Of a DNA stretch of 32,000 bases, positions 10,773 through 20,074 are shown piece after piece. The DNA comes from Okeania sp. GTDB lineage: Bacteria > Cyanobacteriota > Cyanobacteriia > Cyanobacteriales > Microcoleaceae. Each line of letters opens with the position of its first letter. Positions within the stretch are counted from its first letter, which is position 1. Below the pieces are notes generated by a model that searched no databases, was not told the DNA's origin, and saw only the letters and a list, made by a program, of their open reading frames with translations. The stretch spans positions 24,336 to 56,335 of the forward strand of contig NZ_JAYKGW010000119.1 in assembly GCF_035285525.1 (NCBI RefSeq), read 5' to 3'. The position numbers were made by a program, and so were the translations under genes.

Positions 10773-11618
10773 TTAATTCAATAGACTTCGGATATGAGCT
10801 GCCAAAATATCTGGTTTTTCTAACATAGATAAATGACCACATTTAGGAATTTCCAGAATATTTTTGCCATCCTCTTCAAACATCCAGTGAAAACCAGCTA
10901 AGTGTCGTACATATTTAGGCTCCATAATTTTATCTTTAGCTCCAGTAATAAAATAAACTGGTTGTTTTAATTCTGATACTATTTCTGGTAATTTATGAAC
11001 TTCTGATTCTGTAGTAGACTCCAATAAACTACCGAGAGCAGCTTCATAAGAAGCTGCCACAAAATCAAATAATAATTGTTGTCCCCATTTACGAGAAAGA
11101 GGAGTAACTACCTGAGTCCGGGTATATATTTGTCCAAGGAAAGGTAGATAAGGTAGCCAACTGGGACGAAATTTAATTATTTGTGCCCCTACAGAGCGAA
11201 ATTGATGAAATTCTTCCTTAAGATAAATTCCGCCACCAGAATTAACACAAACTACTCCTTTGATAACGTTGAAGATTTTGTATGCTGCATGTAAAGCAAT
11301 AGTGCCTCCCAGAGAATGGCCTATCAACCAAGCAGTAGAGATATTAAGTCTTGCTATTAGTGTTGCCAAATCTTCAGCATAAGCAGTGAGACTGTAGGTA
11401 GAAATTAATTTTCGTTGAGTTGAGTCAAGGTGAGAATCACCAAATCCCCGTAAGTCGTAAGATAAACATTGGTAATCTGCTGATAATCTTTGGATCAAAG
11501 GTTGCCAATAATGGCGACTTAATAGCCAACCATGTATAAAAATCAGTATATCTGGAGATTGAGTGGGATTAGTTAATTCATAAGTGTGTGGAACCGCGCG
11601 AATATCTATAGTTGCCAT
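10773..11618 (-). CDS. alpha/beta-fold hydrolase
   Basis: FIHGW oxyanion region, GHSLGG nucleophile elbow, C-terminal CGH. Confidence 0.8.
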   Translation of the reverse strand: MATIDIRAVPHTYELTNPTQSPDILIFIHGWLLSRHYWQPLIQRLSADYQCLSYDLRGFGDSHLDSTQRKLISTYSLTAYAEDLATLIARLNISTAWLIGHSLGGTIALHAAYKIFNVIKGVVCVNSGGGIYLKEEFHQFRSVGAQIIKFRPSWLPYLPFLGQIYTRTQVVTPLSRKWGQQLLFDFVAASYEAALGSLLESTTESEVHKLPEIVSELKQPVYFITGAKDKIMEPKYVRHLAGFHWMFEEDGKNILEIPKCGHLSMLEKPDILAAHIRSLLN

Positions 11619-11861
11619 ATTTTGATTTTAAGTAGAACTTACTGAAGAAAGGAGAGTATGGGAGGAGTGGGAAGTGTGGGAAGACAGATACAGTAGGAGG
11701 AATAATTGTTGATTGATTTTTCTATCCTTGGCCTACCTAAAATCCCAATTCTTGGGTATTTATGTTTGTAAAAGTTGCACTTTTGGAGTATGGAAAAAGG
11801 CTATAACCTTTAACTCTAAAGACTTTTATATTTAATCGCCCAGCTCTGATTATTAATTAAT

Positions 11862-12587
11862 TTAATATCTTTCTCCCATTAATCTCTGTCTGACACCTTC
11901 AGCGATTTTGTAGCCTAAATATTCTGGAATCAAGCTTTCATTTGGCCCCAAAAGATAAAGAATCAGACGAGTGCGGCCACGCCAAACTAATAAATTGGCA
12001 TTAACAACTAATAAATCTTCCTGCCAGATAGCATACATAACCTTATAGAATAAACCTGGTTGATTGTCAGCTTCAATTAATAGTGCTGGTAGATGAAATA
12101 CAGGGTCAACATAAAATTCTGTTGCTACTTCTTCTAAACCACTATGTAGATTAAATTCTACTGCCAACATTTCTTCCACTTCAAAGTGGCCAGCCAGTGA
12201 TTCTCTAATGGCCCGACGAACATTTTCTGAGGTTTTCTCTGTTAGTGCTTTGCCCCCACGAGATATTACTAACTTAATAAAGACCAACATTGGTGCTTCA
12301 ATCTGTCCATAAAGACTAAGACTATGAATAGTTAATCCATAAGCAGCCAATACCCCAAAAATGTCACTAAGTAAAAATGATTGATTTCGATAGGTAAAGT
12401 GCAGGGCACTTTTGCCACTTTCTGGTTTTAGCTCTATTACAGCTTGTTTACTTTTATACAACTGATATGCTAATTTAAGATTTTGCAGTTGAATATCACT
12501 GCTGACAAATTGTTCATAGAACTGTGGAAACGCTCGATTGAAGCGCTTTAGCAATTCTAGTGTTGATGATTTTAAACCCGGAGCCAT
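11862..12587 (-). CDS. conserved hypothetical protein, possibly with tandem ACT-like domains
   Basis: Long uninterrupted ORF with host-like codon usage. Two repeated beta-alpha-beta-like halves (LLSDIFGVLAAYGLTIHSL; GLFYKVMYAIWQEDLLVVNANL). The function call is weak. Confidence 0.45.
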   Translation of the reverse strand: MAPGLKSSTLELLKRFNRAFPQFYEQFVSSDIQLQNLKLAYQLYKSKQAVIELKPESGKSALHFTYRNQSFLLSDIFGVLAAYGLTIHSLSLYGQIEAPMLVFIKLVISRGGKALTEKTSENVRRAIRESLAGHFEVEEMLAVEFNLHSGLEEVATEFYVDPVFHLPALLIEADNQPGLFYKVMYAIWQEDLLVVNANLLVWRGRTRLILYLLGPNESLIPEYLGYKIAEGVRQRLMGERY

Positions 12588-12660
12588 AATCGAAGAGAGG
12601 GAACGGGATATATACTATCTAATAATGTCATCTAATTTCTACTAACTTAACCACGCCTGC

Positions 12661-13212
12661 ATGGGTTTCTGGAAAAATTTGTTTACTGGTTCTGAGTCAA
12701 TATCTCAGTCTCAAAATTTAGATTATAATAAATCCCCAATTATTGGGGAAAAAGATGCTGCTTCTCAAGCTGTTAGTTTACCCGATAGAAGTAATGGGCG
12801 TATCTTTTTTAGCACTGATCGAGATATAGATATCTATGAACTCGAAGAGCTTTGTAATGCTGTTGGTTGGTCTCGTCGCCCATTGCGCAAAGTCAAAAAG
12901 GCCATTCAATATAGTTTTCTTGTGGTCTCTATGTGGCAAATGCGAGGTAGTCAGAAAAGACTGATTGGTTTTGCTAGAGCTACATCTGACCATGCTTTTA
13001 ATGCTACTCTTTGGGATGTGGTTGTCCATCCTGACTTTCAAAGTAAGGGCTTGGGGAAAGCATTGATGAATTATATGATTAAAAAACTTCGTAGTGAGGA
13101 CATAAGTAACATTACTTTATTTGCGGATCCTCATGTTGTTGATTTTTACCGAAATTTAGGTTTTCTTGCTGACCCAGAGGGAATTAAAGGAATGTTCTGG
13201 TATCCAGATTAG
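12661..13212 (+). CDS. GNAT family N-acetyltransferase
   Basis: [34 protein letters not shown] is a GNAT motif A. Paralogous to 18836-19321. Confidence 0.8.
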   Translation: MGFWKNLFTGSESISQSQNLDYNKSPIIGEKDAASQAVSLPDRSNGRIFFSTDRDIDIYELEELCNAVGWSRRPLRKVKKAIQYSFLVVSMWQMRGSQKRLIGFARATSDHAFNATLWDVVVHPDFQSKGLGKALMNYMIKKLRSEDISNITLFADPHVVDFYRNLGFLADPEGIKGMFWYPD

Positions 13213-13671
13213 CTGTTTGTGAATTGATTGGACATGGCCAAATAAGTCAGTTATATTGTCACAAGCAATCTAGAATTTAGATTCTAAATCCCAAATCTGG
13301 TTATTAAAAGGAGGTTTGGGAAATTCCTCTGTTACCTTTCTGCCTTAGATTCATAGTTAATTTCTCTCTAAACTAGATTTAGTATGAGTAGAAATATCTG
13401 GCCTGCTTAATTTCTGGTCGATGATTTTGTCAAATGGACTAATAGTTGACTTGATAAGGTTGATTAAAAGTTATTGATTTGTTGAAAAAAAATAATTAAT
13501 ACTAATGATTAGTTCCTAAAATTTTTAAGAAAGAGTGGGATTTAGGTTTTAATCTAGGCCATTGATTAGTATTTATTAGATAATTTACAAGATTTTTACT
13601 GGTAAAAATTTGCTGGATATATTTACTGGTTTGATTTTGGCAATTTTTTCTAATTTTTTTTTTCATAAGGC

Positions 13672-13701
13672 TTGCATAAATGTAGAAAATTAAGCTATAA
13701 T
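13672..13701 (+). promoter_or_regulatory. sigma70-type promoter candidate for tRNA-Pro
   Basis: TTGCAT (13672-13677), 18-bp spacer, TATAAT (13696-13701), 19 nt upstream of the tRNA 5' end. Confidence 0.45.
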
Positions 13702-13719
13702 CTTCTCAGATAGATTAAA

Positions 13720-13793
13720 CGGGATATAGCGCAGCTTGGTAGCGCGCCTGCTTTGGGAGCAGGATGTCGCAGGTTCAAATCCTGCTATCCCGA
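13720..13793 (+). tRNA. trnP: tRNA-Pro (anticodon UGG)
   Basis: Hand-folded cloverleaf: acceptor CGGGATA/TATCCCG, D stem GCGC/GCGC, anticodon stem CCTGC/GCAGG with loop TT-TGG-GA, T arm GCAGG-TTCAAAT-CCTGC. 74 nt, CCA not encoded. Confidence 0.93.
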
Positions 13794-13984
13794 TATATTA
13801 ATACTTATAATTAACCTTAGCTGCTAGGGTTGTCTAGGTTAATCGTTGGCCTACTCCTGTAATAACAGTCTTGAGTAAGTGACGGAAACTTATAAATGTT
13901 TTGATTTTTCTGGACTACAGAGCTTTATATAGAATGTCTCTAATGTGTTTTGGTTGTTTTTCTGCTTAAGTTTGGTTTTGTCTT

Positions 13985-14198
13985 TTTGGGGCTGGCTGAT
14001 TAAATCTCAAATTCTTTATATATAAAGGTTTTAGATTTTTTAGGTGGGGGAAAAGTACCTGGTTTTGACTTGCTTAATGCATGTTTCTCGAAAAATCAAA
14101 AAGTTACGATTTTGGGCGCGTAGATAGATAGCTGGGCCAAAAAAATTACTTCCTCGCTTCCCTATCCCAATAAAAAGACTTTCCCAAAGCAAACCCTA
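13985..14198 (-). mobile_element. MITE-like family A copy, inverted orientation
   Basis: The right end ...aaaaagactttcccaaaGCAAACCCTA is the reverse complement of the family A 5' end. The interior (gctgattaaa...ttttagatttttaggt) matches the reverse complement of 9187-9452. Left boundary approximate. Confidence 0.5.
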
Positions 14199-14248
14199 CT
14201 TTATTTTTGATTGCAATACAATATTTTATTAGGAGAATTGGAAAATTT

Positions 14249-15022
14249 ATGAAATCATTAACTCGCTTAAGTGCAGTATTAGGAATAGTAGCTAGCAGTT
14301 TAATTGGGCCTTCCCTGAAAAATATGTCTGCATTAGCACTACCGGATCAAGAAGTATTACAGAAGTTAACGCCTGTACCAGTTTTTACAGTTACAGATAA
14401 AAATGGCTCTCCTCTTGTAGCTTCGATTAAAGGAAAAGATGATAAAGGTAATGCTTCTGTGGCTTCTGTGGCTGGAGTTTTTATTAGCAAGAGTGATGCA
14501 GATGCTTTTGTAAATAAATTAAAAGGAGAAAATTCCGATCTGGCAGCTACAGTTAAGGTTGTTCCTGTTTCTTTGGGTGAAGTTTATGAAATGAGCAAAT
14601 CTGCACAACAGAATGGTAATAAACTACAGTTTGCTTATGTTCCTATCAAAAAACAGGTTGAATCTGCTAAGGCTGTACTTAAGCAGAATGGTAAAGATGC
14701 TAACCAGTTTAATGGAGTACCTTTATTTATGGCCAAAGGGGGAGCTGATGATGGATATTTGACGATTCAGCGGGGGGAACAGCAAGTTATTCCTATGTTT
14801 TTTAATAAGGAAGATTTGCAAGGAATGTTGGATCGTGCTAAAAGTAAACAACCTGATATTTTTTCTTCTGTCAAAATTGAAGTTGTGAATCTTGAGGGTG
14901 TGATTCAAGCTTTGAAGAATGATAACGATCCTTTTTTGGAAAAAATTATTTTTATTCCTCCACGGGAGTCTTTAGAGTTTGTACAAAAGTTAAGACAATC
15001 TGGTGGTTCTGGTAATCGATAA
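14249..15022 (+). CDS. Tic22-like periplasmic protein
   Basis: Signal peptide MKSLTRLSAVLGIVASSLIG, then LTPVPVFTVTDKNGSPL, GVFISKSDADAF, GVPLFMAK, IPMFFNKEDL (Tic22 family pattern). AGGAGA Shine-Dalgarno 12 nt upstream. Start moved from 14207 to the ATG at 14249. Confidence 0.75.
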   Translation: MKSLTRLSAVLGIVASSLIGPSLKNMSALALPDQEVLQKLTPVPVFTVTDKNGSPLVASIKGKDDKGNASVASVAGVFISKSDADAFVNKLKGENSDLAATVKVVPVSLGEVYEMSKSAQQNGNKLQFAYVPIKKQVESAKAVLKQNGKDANQFNGVPLFMAKGGADDGYLTIQRGEQQVIPMFFNKEDLQGMLDRAKSKQPDIFSSVKIEVVNLEGVIQALKNDNDPFLEKIIFIPPRESLEFVQKLRQSGGSGNR

Positions 15023-15047
15023 GTTGAATTTTTTGGCGACTGTATAG

Positions 15048-15953
15048 ATGGACTTTGAGTCGAAGTGTTTAATTTCAGGTTTAGAACTTTGGCAATGGTA
15101 TTGTCAAACTAAGGATGATGCTTTGAGGGGGGGGATATCGGTTGCTGAGGTTGATTTATTGTTACAGGAGTTTGCTGGACTAGATAGATTAACGTTGCGT
15201 TTGGAGTCTTTTAAGGATTGGCCTAATGTTTCAATGGGACTTTCTTTAATTGAGTTGAATAATCTCTGGCGCCGACGTTTGGAGGATAGGGTTCCGCTTC
15301 AATATCTAACTGGGGTTACTTATTGGCGGAATTTTTCTTTGGAGGTGGGTTCTGGGGTTTTGATTCCTAGACCGGAAACTGAGTGTTTGATTGATTTGGT
15401 TGTCGCTGCTACTAATTTTGTTCCGGAACTTGGACAAGGACATTGGGTGGATTTGGGTACTGGTAGTGGGGCGATCGCTTGTGGTTTGGCAGATGTATTG
15501 ACAAATGCTTCTATTCATGCTGTTGATTGTAGTTCGGTAGCTTTGGCGATCGCTAGGCAAAATGCTATAAGTTTAGGGTTGGCTGATAGAATCAATTTTT
15601 ATGATGGTTCTTGGTGGCAACCGTTGGAAAGTTTGCGGGGTCAGGTGAGTGGGATGGTGGCGAATCCTCCTTATATTCCTAGTGGTATGATTTCTAGCTT
15701 GCAAGTAGAGGTGAGGAACTATGAGCCTCGTTTGGCTCTTGATGGTGGTGTTGATGGTCTAGATTGTATTAGGTTTTTAATTGAAACGGCTCCATTGTAT
15801 TTGGTTTCTGGTGGTGTTTGGTTGGTGGAAATGATGAGTGGACAAGGGGATATTGTGGTTGAAATGTTGCAAGATCATGGTTCTTATTGCGGAGTTGAGG
15901 TTTTTCCTGATTTGGAAGGGGTTGAACGGTTTGCGGTGGGTTATTTAAGGTAG
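15048..15953 (+). CDS. prmC: release factor glutamine N5-methyltransferase
   Basis: VDLGTGSGAIA SAM-binding motif and the VANPPYIP catalytic motif. LQYLTG box. Confidence 0.88.
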   Translation: MDFESKCLISGLELWQWYCQTKDDALRGGISVAEVDLLLQEFAGLDRLTLRLESFKDWPNVSMGLSLIELNNLWRRRLEDRVPLQYLTGVTYWRNFSLEVGSGVLIPRPETECLIDLVVAATNFVPELGQGHWVDLGTGSGAIACGLADVLTNASIHAVDCSSVALAIARQNAISLGLADRINFYDGSWWQPLESLRGQVSGMVANPPYIPSGMISSLQVEVRNYEPRLALDGGVDGLDCIRFLIETAPLYLVSGGVWLVEMMSGQGDIVVEMLQDHGSYCGVEVFPDLEGVERFAVGYLR

Positions 15954-15956
15954 GGA

Positions 15957-17002
15957 AAGTCATTTTCTTAAGCTCCCTGGGTTGGAGATTTTTTGTACTG
16001 GGGGTGCTAAAGTTGATGAAATTTTCAATAAATTAAAAAATGAAAAATGAATTAAATAATTCTAGTGTTAATTGAGGGAACAATATCTGCTGATTTAGTT
16101 GGCTTTTTTGGTAATACTGTAACAATATTGATGATGCCTCAACGATTTATATCAGGCTGATTTAATTTTTTTTGATAAAGGGTGGAGTTAAAATTAGCTT
16201 TTAATTTTAATCTAAAATCATTTTCTTAAGCTCCCTGGGTTGGAGATTTTTTTGTACTGGGGGTGCTAAAGTTGATGAAATTTTCAATAAATTAAAAAAT
16301 GAAAAATGAATTAAATAATTCTAGTGTTAATTGAGGGAGCAATATCTGCTGATTTAGTTAGCTTTTTTAGTAATACTTTACCAATATTGATGATACCTTG
16401 AGGATCTATATGAAGCTGATTTAATTTTTTTTGATCAAGGGTTGGAGTTAAAATCGGCTTTGAATTTTAATCAGGTCAACTATTTGGATGGTTTGATTTG
16501 AAGTTAAAATCATTTTCTTAAGCTCCCTGGATTGGAGGTTTTTTGTACTGGGGGTGCTAAAGTTGATGAAATTTTTAATAAATTAAAAAATGAAAAATAA
16601 ATTAAATAATTCTAGTGTTAATTGAGGGAACAATATCTGCTCATTTTGCTAGTTTTTCTACTAAAACTTTAACTAGGGTTTGCGCTTCTTCAGTCTTTTA
16701 GTAGTGGGGAGGAGGGAGAATCGGTGAATGTTGCAATCGGGGAGGAATGGGAATCATAGAAGAAGTAGCCAAAAGAATTTTCTCTTTATTTTCTTCTACC
16801 TCTGGAAATGCCCAAAGTCCTAGAATGCATGATTTTTCGGGATGCGTACTGGAACCACCCAAAAGCTGGTACTCTATTAGTACCTATAAAGGCTGAAATC
16901 TTTACCAGCAAACACTTTTATGTTTCTATACGCGAGCCCTAACTAGCATTGGTACTTCGGCCTATATCAAGTTGATTTAATTTTTCTGCTAATTTGAAGT
17001 TA
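15957..17002 (+). repeat. three decayed tandem copies (about 258, 292 and 496 bp) of the tsaC upstream region plus the first ~190 nt of its CDS
   Basis: Unit starts (tcattttcttaagctccctg) at 15960, 16218, 16510 and, for the intact locus, 17006. Copies align to 17006-17290 through ttaattgaggg-caatatctg, gctgatttaattttt and aagggt, but carry stops and frameshifts. Confidence 0.85.
16674..16946 (+). mobile_element. MITE-like family A copy inserted into tandem copy 3
   Basis: TAGGGTTTGCGC...GCGAGCCCTAACTAG. The flanks (ctaaaactttaac | attggtacttcgg) are contiguous in copies 1 and 2. Confidence 0.7.
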
Positions 17003-17098
17003 AAATCATTTTCTTAAGCTCCCTGAGCTGGAGGTTTTTTGTGCTAGGAATGCTAAAATTGATGAAATTTTTCAAAAAAATCAAAAATCAAAAACAAG

Positions 17099-17695
17099 AT
17101 GATGAATTTAGTATCTATTGAGATTCTAATTGAGGGGGCAATATCTGGAAATTTAGTCAGCTTTCCTACTGATACAGTACCAGCATTAGCAGCTCGCCCG
17201 GATCGAGCTGATTTAATTTTTGAAGCAAAGGGTCGTAGTCAAGAGAAACCTTTAATTCTAATGGGGGCAACTGCTGAATCTTTATGGCCTTATATTTGTG
17301 GAAGGGATGAAGAGTTAGAATTATGGCAAAGAGTGGCCAAACAGTATTGGCCAGGGCCGTTGACTTTAGTGTTACCTGCTTCGGTAATGGTGCCTAGAGT
17401 AATGAATCCGATTAATCGAACTACAATTGGACTGAGGATTCCTAATTGCGATGTTGCTAGAAAAATAATGGATCAAACTGGGCCTTTGGCTACGACAAGT
17501 GCTAATTTATCAGGCCAACCGGCTTTAGAGGGAATGGTGGAAATTAGTGAACAGTTTCCAAATGTTTTGGTTCTTGATTTGTCCCAGAATGAAGAGATGA
17601 TGTTAGGTTCTGGAGTTCCTTCTACTGTGGCTAAATGGAATAGAATTGGTGGTTGGGAAATATTGCGTCAAGGAGCGGTAAAGTTAGAATTTTAA
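17099..17695 (+). CDS. tsaC: L-threonylcarbamoyladenylate synthase (YrdC/Sua5 family)
   Basis: FPTDTVPALAA, KGRSQEKPLILM, GPLTLVLP, IGLRIPN, GPLATTSANLSGQP are YrdC-domain motifs. prmC-sua5 linkage is common in bacteria. Confidence 0.85.
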   Translation: MMNLVSIEILIEGAISGNLVSFPTDTVPALAARPDRADLIFEAKGRSQEKPLILMGATAESLWPYICGRDEELELWQRVAKQYWPGPLTLVLPASVMVPRVMNPINRTTIGLRIPNCDVARKIMDQTGPLATTSANLSGQPALEGMVEISEQFPNVLVLDLSQNEEMMLGSGVPSTVAKWNRIGGWEILRQGAVKLEF

Positions 17696-17727
17696 GGTAC
17701 TGTTAAAAAATTTAGTATTTTAAAAAA

Positions 17728-18660
17728 ATGGCTGGGCAGGATTTTATCTTTTTGGGATTAGGATTTGGATTTGGGCTAATAGCTAGTAGGTTATGGTCTA
17801 GGCAAAAAAGTCAGAATTTATCAACTTCTTCTGTGGAGTCATCTGCGGAAGAGCCTACTTTTGATTCTGAGTATTTAGAGAATATTTTAGAGCAACTGAA
17901 ACATACTAAACTAGCATATTATATGGCTTCGGAAATGAGTAAGTTTAAGGCTGGTTTTTTGGCTAGAACTGCTCATGAGTTGCGATCGCCAATTAATAGT
18001 GTAATTGGTGGACTACAGTTAATCATTTCTGATTTAGCTGATGATCCGGAGGAGGAACGTGAGTTTGTCAACCAAGCTTATAATTCTGCTTTGAAAAGTT
18101 TGGGGTTATTGGATGAGATTATTCATGTGGCGAAAACGGAGCATGGGACTGAGAAACTAAATATAGAGTCGCTACAACTGAGTAAAGTTTTGGAGGAGGT
18201 AGAAGATTTAACTTATATGCAGGCTGCAAATTATGGTATTCGTTTGCAAATATTACTTCCTGAAGAGGATATCTATGTTTTGGCGGATGAGTCTCGTTTA
18301 AGACAGGTTTTGGTGAGTCTGATTGATGCTGCGATCGCTGGTATGAATGAAGGTAGTGTGAATGTTTCGGTTCATCCTGGGAAGGAATCTGGTTATGTTA
18401 ATATTTGGATTGACGATCAACGTCCTATTAGTGGGTGGAGTGAGTCTTGGGATTTACTGAAATATAAATTTGAGGAGAATACTGAAAAACATAGGAGTGA
18501 TGATTTTCAGCTTTCTCCTGGGATGAGGTTGTTTATGAATCAAACTTTGTTAGGGTTGATGAACGGACGTTTGGAGGTGCTGGCGACTCCTTCTGAGGGT
18601 GAAGAGTCTAGTTTTAATCGAACTCAATGCTCGATTCCTATGTCAATAATTAATAATTAA
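17728..18660 (+). CDS. histidine kinase-like protein with an intact H-box but degenerate ATP-binding domain
   Basis: N-terminal TM segment, HisKA motif FLARTAHELRSPINSV. I cannot find N, G1 or G2 boxes in the C-terminal domain (SLIDAAIAG, IDDQRPIS). Confidence 0.7.
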   Translation: MAGQDFIFLGLGFGFGLIASRLWSRQKSQNLSTSSVESSAEEPTFDSEYLENILEQLKHTKLAYYMASEMSKFKAGFLARTAHELRSPINSVIGGLQLIISDLADDPEEEREFVNQAYNSALKSLGLLDEIIHVAKTEHGTEKLNIESLQLSKVLEEVEDLTYMQAANYGIRLQILLPEEDIYVLADESRLRQVLVSLIDAAIAGMNEGSVNVSVHPGKESGYVNIWIDDQRPISGWSESWDLLKYKFEENTEKHRSDDFQLSPGMRLFMNQTLLGLMNGRLEVLATPSEGEESSFNRTQCSIPMSIINN

Positions 18661-18835
18661 CAACTGGAGAGTATGTATAAAGTTCTTTAGTTATTTCTAG
18701 AACTTGGCACTGTCTACTGAACAATTAATAATTAATAATTACCTCTTGTTGTAAAAAAGAGGATTGGCTAAGAGGAATTTTTTTTCTTTTTTCCACAGAG
18801 ATGGAGAGGCTTTATACCTTTATTTCTGAGTAAGT

Positions 18836-19321
18836 TTATTTGGCAAGTAGTGGTGGTTGATTTCTAGTTGTTAATTCTATTTCTCCTTCTATGGGTTGAT
18901 TGTATAATATCATGGTTGTGGTTTGATTGTATTCAAATCCGATTCGTTGATAGAAATTTTGTTGATGGGTTGTCATTAGGTAAACTCTTTCTACATGGCA
19001 GACTTGTGGATGACTTAAAATTGTTTGAACTAATTTTCGTCCTAGTCCTCCTCCTTGATAGTCTGGGTGAATGACAATATCCCAAATAGTAGCTCTGTAT
19101 ATGCAGTCTGATGTGGCACGACCAAAACCTATCATTGTTTGGTTATCCCAGACACTAACGACTGGGTTGCTATTGGTAATGGCTATTTCTATGTCTTTTG
19201 TTTTTCTATTTTTTGCCCAAATGGCTGCTGAGTTAAATAATGTTATAAGTTGAGGAATATGTACTTTTGCTTGACCTTCGTAGAATTGGATATGACGGTA
19301 ATCTGTGGTAGTGTTTTTCAT
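18836..19321 (-). CDS. GNAT family N-acetyltransferase
   Basis: GFGRATSDCIYRATIWDIVIHPDYQGGGLGRKLV. Paralog of 12661-13212. Confidence 0.8.
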   Translation of the reverse strand: MKNTTTDYRHIQFYEGQAKVHIPQLITLFNSAAIWAKNRKTKDIEIAITNSNPVVSVWDNQTMIGFGRATSDCIYRATIWDIVIHPDYQGGGLGRKLVQTILSHPQVCHVERVYLMTTHQQNFYQRIGFEYNQTTTMILYNQPIEGEIELTTRNQPPLLAK

Positions 19322-19843
19322 CTTTATTTATTAGTTCTTTACTAAGATAGTAGTTATACAGAATAATTTTTAAATGTTTTGTATCGTATCATTATTATTG
19401 ATTATCATCAATAATATTTTTGAATATTTTTTTGTATGGGTTTGGTTTCTAAGTTCTGTTTGACCATTGAATTATTGGTAATTTAATCCGATGAAAATCT
19501 ACTGATATTGAACCATCGAAAGTGTTTGCGAAGCATGGAGTAGGAAAACTATCATCTCTAACTTTATTTCTGTAATTTAGGTTGACCAGGTACTTTGGTG
19601 AAGCAATGTTTCCAAGCAAATGATTATTATACTTCATATACTTGAAATCTGCTGTAAATTTTGGGCTTGGTGTTCAGAAATAAAACTGTCATGGTAATCA
19701 AGAAATAATTGATAATTTGTGGGTATTCTTGGTTCTGTGTTCCCTGTGTCAACTATTAGCTTCCTGGTGGAAGATTTCTTGTAAGGTAGGTTGGGTTGTA
19801 GCTTTTTGACCCGTAGGGGTAGGAAGTAAAACCCAAGGTCTGT

Positions 19844-19881
19844 GTTGGGTTGAGGTAGGAAACCCAACCTACAGTCTTTTT
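19844..19881 (+). terminator. intrinsic terminator-like hairpin, unit 1 of the tandem array
   Basis: GTTGGGTT (19844-19851), 9-nt loop, AACCCAAC (19861-19868), then ctacagtcttttt. Confidence 0.4.
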
Positions 19882-20036
19882 GTGATAGTAATCAAGAAAT
19901 AATTGAGAATTTCTGTCTATTCCTTGTTCTTTGTTCTTTCTCTCAACTACTTCCTTGCCGGTGGAAGATTTCTTGTCAGGTAGATTGGGTTGTAGCTTTT
20001 TGACCCGTGCGGTAGGAAGTAAAGCCCAAGGTCTGT

Positions 20037-20074
20037 GTTGGGTTTCGTACCTCAACCCAACCTACAGTCTTTTT
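20037..20074 (+). terminator. intrinsic terminator-like hairpin, unit 2 of the tandem array
   Basis: Same 8-bp stem (20037-20044 / 20054-20061) with a different loop (tcgtacctc) and the same T-run. The stem is conserved while the loop diverged. Confidence 0.4.

Noticed and set aside
19449-19637. 62-aa minus-strand ORF between the GNAT gene and the tandem array
   Set aside because: It has no recognisable motif, no ribosome-binding site and no partner. It could be a gene fragment, but the evidence is not enough to call it.
19634-20055. Two overlapping minus-strand ORFs (77 and 99 aa) sharing RVKKLQPNLP.KKSST
   Set aside because: They are an artefact of translating the ~194-bp tandem repeat. 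The frames differ between units and overlap each other, and neither has a start context.
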